The notes beneath the pieces are model-generated. The model did not search any database. It was not told where the DNA came from and worked only from the letters and a program-made list of their open reading frames with translations. A stretch of DNA of 63,454 bases, the filler included, from Diploschistes diacapsis (taxonomy: Eukaryota): NCBI GenBank assembly GCA_023645945.1. It is 7 parts of 7 records of this genome, joined end to end, with 100 filler letters (N's around TTAATTAATTAA, not from the genome) between each part and the next. Parts side by side here need not be neighbours in the genome. Positions count along the whole stretch, not along the records: positions 1 to 8,994 come from JALAIB010001085.1; positions 9,095 to 18,088 come from JALAIB010001086.1; 5 more parts are not named here. One strand, 5' to 3'. The first letter of the stretch is position 1; each line of letters begins with the position of its first letter. The position numbers and the translations under genes are program-made. Shown here in pieces: positions 1 to 10,132 of the stretch.

Positions 1-1125
1 CCATAATTGAACTATATATAAGGAATGGTTGGGTTAGGCCCGATCAGCTGTGAAGTGCCAAGTGGCTACCACCTAGTCACTTGGATCGTAACAGGAACAG
101 GCCGCCGCCAAAGTAGCGAAAAGAATAATAACAGGAACTAAACGGGTAAGAACGCCGACGATAGTAGAGGTAATAGATGCCCAAGCCGAAACGACCCGTA
201 AATAATTTTAATAAATAATATTCTAAACCGAGATCTCGGTGACGAAAAAGAAATAAAAAAATAATAAAAGAAAAAGAAGAACGTATTATAAACATCCGAA
301 CGAAATTAAATATAATAATAAATTAAATAAAAGGTTTATAATATCGTTTAATAATTTTATTATCGTCGTCGCCGCCGATAGCATCCCGTAATTCTTAACG
401 CAGGCCTTTATTTTTTCTTTTCTTTCAGTTTCCTCCTTCTTTCCTTCCTTCCTTTTTTTTTTTACTTTCTTTTAATTCTTTATTACCCTATTTCTTTTTC
501 CGCAATTAATTACTTAAAATATCCTTATCCTTCTTTTTTAACGGCGACGATATAACGTTTCCGTTTATAAAATTAACGTTAACGACGAAACGCGCACGAT
601 AATCGAATCGAAAAAATATGTCGTAATCGTGAAAGACGAGTTTTATTACGATAAGCAAGCGACGGAAGCGAGAGGCTATTAAAATTAAAATAAAAGAAAA
701 AACGGCAGCGATAATAACGGTAACGACGGCGATAAGATCTATAAAGATGTTAACATAAAAACAAAAGAAAAAAGAGAGAAAATAAACAAAACAACAAAAA
801 GAACAGACGAAAGAAGAAAAAAAAAAGCAAAATTTAAGACGCGTAGAGCTGGCCAGTAGTTAATAATATCGCAAAAAGATTATTATGATATTAATTATTT
901 AAATAATTTAATAAACGATATATTAAACTCTAAAAAAGAACTTTAAAATGTATAAAAAAAAGGAATTTTAATAATAAGAAATGTTATCACGTGACATAAA
1001 TATTAAAGGAAATGCATATATAAATTTATATAGGACCTAACTTAACGTATATATAGATTAATTGTCAGCCCTACGAGGTTTGTATGGACGGGGTGGGGAG
1101 CAGGTGGTGCTCCTGAATCGCCTCG
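1..1125. mobile_element. AT-rich, RIP-degenerated transposable-element relic with a sharp right terminus (family unclassified)
   Basis: Very AT-rich from ~200 to 1060, surviving C/G largely in CpG, no intact ORF. The last ~196 bp recur at 54493-54690 and similarity stops abruptly after ...CTGAATCGCCTCG. Confidence 0.6.
930..1125 (+). repeat. Dispersed repeat terminus, copy 1 (copy 2 at 54493-54690)
   Basis: Aligned by eye: 1055-1125 is identical to 54620-54690; the upstream part differs mainly by G/A and C/T transitions. Confidence 0.92.
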
Positions 1126-2482
1126 TAAGATGGTCAGTAACATACTGCTTGAAGCGAGGATGCATTTCAATAGAACCCTTACCGCAGAATTAACGCTCAG
1201 ATGGACCAGTTTTCCCACCCGTGCAATCTTGAGACTAAATACACCGTCTGTATTCGTTATGTGACAAGTACACCAATCGCTAAACAATCCAAAGGTAAAG
1301 AGACGATCGTGCAACTTTTTGCCTTGGAGAAGAAGCCCCGGTAATAAAAATGTTCATTCAGAAGGCGCCAGCAGTATCCCCATGGTGGTTCCAGGAAAGG
1401 CGGCTTTTCTGCAGGCATCCGGTATCAATCCAAAAACTCTGTAGGTTATATAGCCCTTTCCCATCTAGTGACGGGCGATGGGGGGGACCAGAGGTTGGAC
1501 AATATCGGATTATATCAAAGCGCGATATGGTATGTAATACAAGCCGTATAGAGCGTGCTGCTGGGGAACTATGAGCTGCATGATGCTTTCGAGAGTACCA
1601 CGTGTGTAGGAACAATAATAGGGAAGACAGATAGCTTGGACAATCAATACTATAGAAGGTCAAGGGGAGCCTTGGCTATATATGTAGCGACGACGGACCT
1701 AGTACTAGGTGCCATGGCCGGGCCATTTTGTTTACAGTGGCATACCAACCAAACGAAGTATCATAAATTGTGATATGGCAAAAATGATGTTTGGGAAAGC
1801 CTCCTCATGAAGCTATGATCACAGTGTAACGCCTAGCTCTCAAGAGGATCCTAGCATGGGCACTTTTGACTTTTTGTCCCACAATAGGGATATTGAACGA
1901 GGTTCCTCACACGTGAATGCTAGCTATCTGCCCGGAATCTGCAAGATAAGAACCACACCAAGTGGCTTATCCACGCGAGGGGAGACAGAGACCGACCCTC
2001 GACCAGGCATTTTGGAGATGATGCCGCACCTTCGCATGGTGCGGTGGGTATTGGCCGTCTCAGAAGCCCAGGAAGCGCTGCCGCTTTTCTTTTCGGCTCC
2101 GTCTGTCCCAGCGCGGCGTGCTTTCATCCCCCGAGGGTGGTGACTTTGGTTTGGCATCGTTGTCTCCGAGGCTGATGGAGGGGACGGTCTGGTAGGAAGT
2201 AGGGTTGAAGAAGGAGGGGTGACGGTCGGTTGCGATGAACTGTTGAAGGAGTCACATCAGGCTAAACAGTTACATCATCAAATGGAGACACGACACCATG
2301 TTGGCTCACGCCATCCGAGGGGTCATTGGTAGCTCATCGTCTTGCTATCACGTCCGGGGAGCGTCGTGCATTGGCCCTTCTTCACCAAAGCACGTGTGAC
2401 GTGGATATCCCAATTCGTAAATTCCGTAAAAGTAGAAATATATACAGCAAGAAAGAAAAGATATACATCAAAGTCCTCGCTC

Positions 2483-4851
2483 TCAAGTTTTGACGATCAA
2501 TGGCGCAAACGTTCCTCCCACCGGAGGCCTATCGGCAAAGGTAATGCCCGGATAACTGCAACCTCGTTAGCCCATGCCCCTCTTCGCCGCTCGAGGATAC
2601 GGGGCAGCACTTACTCTCCGCTGACGGTATCGTACAGATCCGTCATGGGCAGGTTCGTGGGCGTTTTGCCGATCCAGGACGCGAGGGCGGAGATGAGCTG
2701 CTGCTTGGCCGGCGAGGAGCCGGAAACGGAAGCGGTGAACATCTCCCAGTCGCCCTTGGTGTAGGTATGCCTGGAATCGAGGGGCACGCCGTAGGTGTTC
2801 ATGACGGTGCTGTAGAATTCGGCCTGCTGGGTGTAGATTTCCTGCTTGACGAGGCCGAGGTTCAGGACGGCGTCCCCATAGAGGTTGTAGAGCAAGCCTG
2901 GCGAGCTTTAGTTAACGGCTGGAGAGAAAAGAGGCGCTGGGGTGCCAACTCACTGTACGTGGAGTCGTCGCCGTAGGCCAGGGTTCTGTGGGCGGGTTTG
3001 GCGCCGGTGGCCTTGGAGAGGTTGTACCACCGGTTGATGTAGTTTCGCGAGGTGGAGGTGTAGTTGGCCGCGTCGGCAGTGTTGCCGGTGAGGTCGGCGA
3101 TCTGGGCCATTGCTCCGATGCCGATGATTCCCTTGAGGGCCAAGTTGGTTTGGTTCCTGGCATGAAAAATCAGCTTCGCGAACTTTTTTTTTTCGTGAAC
3201 GGGTTTCGTGTATGCTTACGCAAGAGCACCGGCAAAGTCGTCGGTCGAGACTTGATTGGCGGGGATGAGAGCCTCCTGCACCAAGTACCCGGCCCACTGG
3301 TTGAGAATCTTGTAGTGTTGTGTGAGATAGGCGGTGTCTCGGGCACGCTGCGCGTACGCAAGGGTCATGATGAGCATGTCGCCGCACTCCTCGAGAGGCA
3401 TGTACTCGTCGTTACCCTGCGGGTGACCAGTGGCGTTGGGGTAGCTGGAGCCCAGATCGTGCATGGAGTAGGTATTGGGGTACTGTCCGGATTCCTGGTT
3501 CTCGAACAGAGGGTCGAGCAGGAGCTTGAGAAGTGTCGGGTTGGTGTAGAGAAGGATGGGATGAAGTGGGAAGATGACGTCGACGGTCTGGGCGTTACCG
3601 TCGGAGGAAATCTCTTTCATGAAGAGGTACTGCTTCGATGTCGTGCCGGTCAACTGGGTTCCGGCAAAGGCCTGGCGGGCAGCCAGCGAGGTAACAGTCA
3701 CGAGATCGTCGCCGCCAGAGGCCGAAGCGTCCGAGGCGACTTGAGCATCGAAAGAGTTCGCCGACGCAACGGCGTTGCCGTAGTCGCCGTAGAAGAAGTC
3801 GAGCGCATCGGTGTCGGAGCCGTAGTAAGCGGTCCAAAGCGAGGGAACGGAGACGATGCCGCTTGCGCCGTCGAACTGGATGGCTTCCTCTTGGCACAGA
3901 CCGATGGTGTAGAGGGTGCTAGCCGAGCCTGTGACGGTACCGAGATCGTTGGCGAAGGCAAAGACTGGCCAGTCGTCCGAGATGGCACGGTAGTTGGTGT
4001 CCTGGGTGTTGGCGAGCGACCCCTGGCCCTGGAATTGACCTCGCACGACGGCGTCTTGCCCGGACTGATACGTCATGTCCTGGGCGTTAGACGTCGAGTA
4101 ATACCAGTTGCCCCACTCGGCTTGGTCCGAGACCTGGGAGAAGAGCTCTTGGGTTTGCCTGAAGAGCTGGTGGTAGGCGTTGCCTCCGCCCGTGGTTCCG
4201 TAGGTCCACTGTGCAATGTTGTCGTTGCTACCCGAAATCCATTCTGTGGGGAGAAAAAAAAAAAGGAAGTCAGCAGGAGTCTTTTTATCGAATCAAACGT
4301 CTTTACGTACCAGCAGAGATATCCGTGTACAGTTGAACATCGTGCGAGGCGCCGTCGGCGGATTCGACAGCCACATCGAGATAGGAGAAGAGAAGAGACT
4401 GGCGCATCTGGTCGTTGGGGTAGAGCGGGGAGAGGAAGGTGGCGTTCAGCGTGACCTTCCCGTCCACATCGAAGGTAAAGGTACTCCGGGTCGACGTGTA
4501 GGTGAAGGCGGTCTGCGAGGCCGTGGCCAGACCAGCTTGTGGCAGTGGAGCTCCCATCCAGATGTACGTGGTGCCATCGACACGGATCATGCCAGACCAG
4601 GCCGTGATTTTCGAGCTACTTGGATTAGCAGGCTTTGGGAGCACCGATCAATTGCTCGCTTCTTACGTCCAGAAGCTTGCCCATTCCCCAGCGAGATAGC
4701 CTCCGTTGCCGCCATCGCTGCCTGCGTTGAGCCACGTGGTCAGGTACGGCGACTTGACAGCAAGGGGGATAGAAGGCGGACGTGCGGGCGAGAAGGTAGA
4801 CTGCGCCGCTGCCAGGACAAAACAGAAAAGGAAGGCAAGAAGGGTCTGCAT
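2483..4851 (-). CDS. gtaA: Secreted glutaminase, GtaA family (DUF5127/DUF4965/DUF1793), multi-exon
   Basis: Signal peptide MQTLLAFLFCFVLAAA followed by QSTFSPARPPSIPLAVKSPYL. Family motifs AWSGMIRVDG, YLFMKEISSDGNAQTVDVIFP, MPLEECGDMLIM, NQVSTDDFAG, ALKGIIGIGAM, YGVPLDSRHTYTKGDWEMF. Last exon YPGITFADRPPVGGTFAPLIVKT* ends at 2483. GT..AG introns lie between the ORF fragments. Confidence 0.92.
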
Positions 4852-5229
4852 TTTGACGAGCTTGGTCCGAGATGCTTTACAAAACATCGTGACGCGCTCG
4901 TCCCTTTATAGAGGAATGCTGACCGACTCGAGGTATTTCTCCTGGCTTTGGAATGCAGAGCGGATGACGGAGGTGCGCCCATGGGTTGGCAAAGAGGGGG
5001 AAGACAGGAACACGCCGCGGATCACACAGATGCAAGATCCGAGTATGTGCTTTCTCTTTCCTAATGGAGGCTATCCCCGTGAGACCTGTACACCAAGCAC
5101 GCAGGCGAGTTTGAGCTCATGGCGGCTTACTGCCATTACGACAGGAGGCGCATGACGGTGCGCTGCCCATGCTCGGCACTAAAGCGTTTGGACGAGGATG
5201 ATTCGCGAAATCCAACCTCCCCATTGACT

Positions 5230-5230
<1 letters not shown>

Positions 5231-5265
<35 letters not shown>
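5231..5265. repeat. (CT)n microsatellite upstream of gtaA
   Basis: Uninterrupted CT dinucleotide run of about 17 units. Confidence 0.95.
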
Positions 5266-5268
<3 letters not shown>

Positions 5269-6372
5269 GACGTTCTTGTGACTGTTTCCTGGAGGAGCCC
5301 GATCTCTTCTTCGCGGGGTAAGCATCTTGTGATCAAGATTTCTTCAGTCCCATATGTACGGAGTACATCTTTTCGCTCTGCAATCATTCGACGATGACTG
5401 TCCTAATGCCGAGGTGAGCTAGGTAGCCAGTACTTGGTCGAAAGTCATCGAGCTGCATGCGAGCTGCAAAGATGGGCAGTGTAAAGAACTTGGCCAATTG
5501 GATTCCTCTAATTGGTCAGATATGGTAGCACTTGGTTTCGACGAGAGGATGAAAGGGTCATATGGCCATTGGCAGAAACCCGATACTTTCGACTGAGGCG
5601 CATGGGGAGGGATGATGATACAAGGCGTACCTGGGGGGATAACACAGATCTAATCCTGACTCAAACCTGGCGAAGGACAAAGGAAAATCTTTACCTTGTT
5701 CAAATCTGTCCGTTGCGAGCCGAGCTTAGAATTCTTTGCGCCATCTGCCATCTGCTCGAAGGGGTGATATGCCAGCCGGTCCAATCCTGACGGTACAGTA
5801 TTTCTGCGGCTCCGTGCAGAACCAGCCCAGGTATTCTCGGCCGTTGCGAGAGGCTATAGTAGTGGGCAGATCCGAGGATCACTCTACTGGTTGGGTACCA
5901 GATGGGCGTTGCGGCTAGTCTTTGCTTTTGGTGCTTGACGTTGCAAAGTGGACGAAGTAGGTAGACCGGAACGTGGGAGGCACCGATCCACCATTGGGCA
6001 GGGTTAGGATTTGATTTGACTTATTCAGGTGCGTGATGCCTGCACGAGAACTCTGCACCTTCAATTTCGACCACATGGGCGTGGATGCTTGCAGCTGCTC
6101 TGTAGACATGGTGGTGGGTCGGCCTTGGATTTGTGATTGATCTTCCCAGCCCATCAAGAGCTTCCTCATTCACAAAAGTGTCACGATGTCGATGTCGGCC
6201 ACCATGCCCAGTTCAACATCTGGAAAAAAAAAGGAGTGGGGGAGCATCCTCGGGACTATCACGCCTTGCATTTATCCGTTCATCCATATGCATATCCATC
6301 TTATCCAGTCACAAGAACATCTGACATAGCGTGTCATTAAAGTGGAGTGTATCATCTACCTCACCCACTTGT

Positions 6373-6800
6373 AGAGTACAGAGGACAGAGTACAGAGCAC
6401 AGAGCACAGAGTAGGTATATACTTTGTGTATTGGATGCAGGCCTATGGCGTCATTGCCGGCTCAAGGCTGGGGTTACTTGGCTACTAGTAACTTACTAGT
6501 AACTTACTATTACTACTACTCTCTTCCTCTGTAGCAGTGACAGTAGCAGTGCCAGTAGCAGTAGCAGTAGCAGTAGCAGTAGCAGTAGCAGTTAGCAGTA
6601 CCTTTCTTGGCTGTGGGGTTCTTCCCCGCACTTCACTTTATCCGTGGCCCACGGCTTTTTGTTTCCCCGTACGTACCAGTACCACCCACTGCGCTAAAGT
6701 CACTGACCCCTACTACCTACCGACACACCAACACACCACACACCACACACCCCCTCTTGGCCCCTCCAATATCCCAATATCCCAAATATCCAATATCCAG
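6373..6800. repeat. Cluster of simple tandem repeats: (AGAGNAC)n 6373-6413, (TACTAGTAACT)2 ~6483-6505, (CAGTAG)n 6531-6600, (CCAATATC)n ~6766-6798
   Basis: Directly visible in the sequence; intergenic. Confidence 0.85.
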
Positions 6801-7429
6801 TATTCAATAGCGACCGAATGAAGACCATCTGTCGAGGGCTTGCAAAAGTTAAATCAGAAGGTATGCGCCATCATTAAGCATGAGCAAGGGAAGATTGGCG
6901 GTCATGGTCATGATGTTCCCGTGAAGACAGACATAGAAACAACGGTGAATGCTGGCAAGAGGGGAAAGTAAAGTATATGCGAAGGAATAAATTCCATGCT
7001 CGTGACAAATCTCACGGTAGAGGCATCCGGGGACAATTCTAGGAGCTACTTGCCGCGGAACGCATCACCATGAGAGATGGCAGGTAGGCATATCAATGTC
7101 GCGACCGCTGCCTATCCTCCATCACCTGATCATCTCATCGTTGTTGTCGTGCTATGTTGAACAACGTCCGCTGAACTCTGACTTGGAATCAGTGGGGAGC
7201 TTGGTTCATTCATCTTTATCTTCATCTTCAGTATTCATTCTCCTTCTCCCAATCCTATTGCAAGTCTTCACAACGCAGCTCGATTACCTCGCCACCTCCC
7301 TGGCATTCCTAAGCACTTCGACCGTTATGGGGCAGATCAAGACTCTTATCGCTGAATCAACGGTTTCTGCGGAGACGCGTGGCCCTCCAGATGCGTGGTA
7401 GAGTGCAGACACTTCTCGGAAGCTCCGAT

Positions 7430-8994
7430 CATAAATAATCTATTTCTATTCCGCGAGCCGCTGAACAGTAGAGATACGTTTAATAAATAGGTTTATTAGA
7501 AAGGTTTGGCGCCCCTGTCACTGCGGTTGCGTTGTGGCGCTGCGGGCTTCCCAGATAGGCTTAAAGTAGTGTTTAGTAGCTTAATGAGAGCTAGTCCCAA
7601 TTAGGTAAGATATCAAATACCATTATTCTTTTAATAAATTTCTTTCTTTTTTACGTAATTATTAAGGCCTGAAATACGGCTATTTTATTTTTATAAATAT
7701 TAATTTCGAGGCGCCGCAAGGCCCTCGTTATTTTTATATATTTATTATATTTATAAAGCCAGCGCGAGGCTTTACGCCGCTTTTTCCGTCTTTTTCTTTT
7801 TTATCCTTTTTTTAATTTCGATTTTAATGATAAACGTATATAATCTACGATTAATCTTAAGATTTATTTTAAATTAATTTTTTTCCTTTTCTTTTTCTTT
7901 TAATAATTTATATATTAACTTATATATAGATTTATAAAAGTAGAGATTCGCCGTTTTATTTTTTTATTACGGGAATTTCTTTCGATCTCTTTCCGTTTCC
8001 GTTATATCGTTTCTTTCGAAAAAAGATTTTATTTCCTTTATCTTCGTCTCGCCTTTTCTGCGTCTTTTTATCGTCTTTCTGTCAGTTTATAGTCAAATTG
8101 TAGTGTGTATAGAAGATGGATTTCAAAAGCTACTGAGGGCAGCGAGCCCTTATAGCTACAATAGGTAGGTGGGTGCCCATAGCTATAGTAGGTGGGTGGA
8201 TGCCCAGCTGCATCGCAACCGATGTCGTCACGAGCGACATCGGCAGAGGCAAGAACAAGCGAGCCTCCTAGTAGCTAGTAGAGCTACTACACGAAATGTA
8301 ATTAATATAACTATAATAATCCGGATCTGATAAAAAAAGTTCGTAAAAACGCGAGTAAACGGCAATCTCGGGTTTTTATTGGTTATACTCGTTCGATTCG
8401 TTGCGAAATTACGGTTTATTTTAGTAATAGAGCAGTAAGCTCGGGAGATCTTCGAAAGAACGGTTACCGAGCTTGAAAAAAAAAATTACCCTTCTTTAAC
8501 GTATCGAGGATGTATCCGACGAATAACGTCCCGCCTCCTCGAATTCTAAAAGAATGGCCTAATGATGGTGGAGGATTAAATAAATTTAATTAAATTTGAA
8601 TCTAAATTTTCCTAAAAACTGAATTAATTCGAATATAGGATGTTACCGGGTTCGGTAATTTATTCGTTAATTATAAGGTAGTTTTGTGTTATTACGGTAT
8701 CGTTATCGCTATTTATTTTGATATTATAGTCGTCGTTCGTTATCGTATAAGATGATATGATTGTCGTTATCGCGTATAAAATGGCTTAATGATTGCTAAT
8801 CGTTGGTTATTGCGGTGATTCGTTAACGCTGTTTATTGCGGTATTGTGGTTTTTATCGGTTATTGTTGCGTAAGCCGCGGCGTGGTTATCGTTATTATGT
8901 TGGCCTTAGGTTAAAAATTCAAGTTTTAACCGTTTAATATTATATTCCTCTTATTGTAATTACGAATTTTATTATATAGATTAATATTTAAAGT
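7430..8994. mobile_element. AT-rich RIP-degenerated repeat/TE relic(s) running to the contig end
   Basis: No ORF of 60 aa or more in ~1.5 kb. Strong TpA excess with retained CpG. Less-mutated islands at ~7500-7610 and ~8080-8300. Confidence 0.6.
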
Positions 8995-9094
8995 NNNNNN
9001 NNNNNNNNNNNNNNNNNNNNNNNNNNNNNNNNNNNNNNTTAATTAATTAANNNNNNNNNNNNNNNNNNNNNNNNNNNNNNNNNNNNNNNNNNNN
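8995..9094. other. Artificial contig linker N44-TTAATTAATTAA-N44
   Basis: Identical 100-bp spacer with a six-frame stop cassette, repeated six times in the window. Confidence 0.98.
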
Positions 9095-10132
9095 CTCCCC
9101 ACCTTCCAACCCTACCAACAGAGGGGCAGGAGGACGATACTCCCCCCTCTCCAAGCTCCTCCCCGCATCACTCATCTCAATCACCAGCCAAAGCTGGCTC
9201 CTCGGATACGCCCCGCGGGCTCCCGGGTCCCTCGACTCCACCGTCCTCCCGGAGTCCCGGTACCCTCTCCATAGCTCCGCCAGCCGCGCCGGCATGCTGC
9301 CCTGGAGCACGCAGGCGCCGCGGAACTCGACGAAGCCGGGCACGCGCTGCAGCAGCGAGAGGAGCCGGATCTCGCGCGCGGCGGAGGGGATGCTGGTGTA
9401 GCTTCTGCAGCCTGGACCGCGCGGGGGGCAGAGCGGGAGCAGCTTGAGGATTACGGAGGAAGTGGTGGCGGAGGAGTGAGGTGAAGTGGAGGCGGTAGTG
9501 CTGGTGGCGCGGTAGACCTCGCCGAAGGAGCCCTCACCGATCTTTGTCAAGGAGAGGTGCGAACGGGAGGAGAGCCAGAGGGAGAAGTCTTCGACTGTTG
9601 GGCTGATGGATTTGAGGGATAGGAGGGGCTGGAGATAGGATCTTGTCAAGGGGGATATAGTGGCGGCGCAGGGAGGGATCTTTGGGACTGGTGCGGGGGA
9701 GGGCCGAGTGGAGCAGGATGGTCGGTTTGATGTAGACTGTAGAGGATCTCCATCGAGATGGAGACTCTCGAGGGCTGTCCCGAGGTTCTCTTGGATGGCT
9801 GTTTCAAGGGGACGAGGCTGCTTTTTCGGCGGCGCTCTGCGCGGCCTTGTGGCACTTCTCGATTTATCCGAAGGCCCCGATAGAGCTTGAGACTCGTTTC
9901 CTTCTTTTGGATCGGTCCTTTGCTCCACCGTTGCTGTCAGAGCATCTCCCAATGGCGCTGCCTTATCAGGCCGTTCCTCGTGTTGTCGTAGCCGAGCATT
10001 GTGCGACCGCTCTGTAAGAACTGTCGCATGCTTGGGAGAACCTTCCGGTCCAGATGAGCTCGTTATGAAGATTTTGTTTTCAACAGCTGTGATATTGCGG
10101 GTTTTCCTGCCGTAGACCCTGGCCTTCGGCAT
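9095..10132 (-). CDS. hrk1: Haspin-family Ser/Thr protein kinase, 3'-truncated at the contig end
   Basis: Basic disordered N-terminus (MPKARVYGRK), KIGEGSFGEVY glycine loop, VILKLLPL, EIRLLSLLQRVPGFVEFRGACVLQG and YPRSQLWLVIEMSDAGRSLE, typical of fungal haspins. Confidence 0.85.

Noticed and set aside
1063..1266. TGTCA...TGACA as a ~200-bp solo LTR
   Set aside because: The second copy of the repeat diverges after 1125, so the right part is not part of the element, and there is no TSD.
1126..2340. Short ORFs between the repeat and gtaA
   Set aside because: All are about 100 aa or shorter, overlap on both strands, and show no motif or consistent splice structure.
2988..4454. 488-aa plus-strand ORF
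   Set aside because: Antisense shadow of the GC-rich gtaA exons, with no recognisable motifs.
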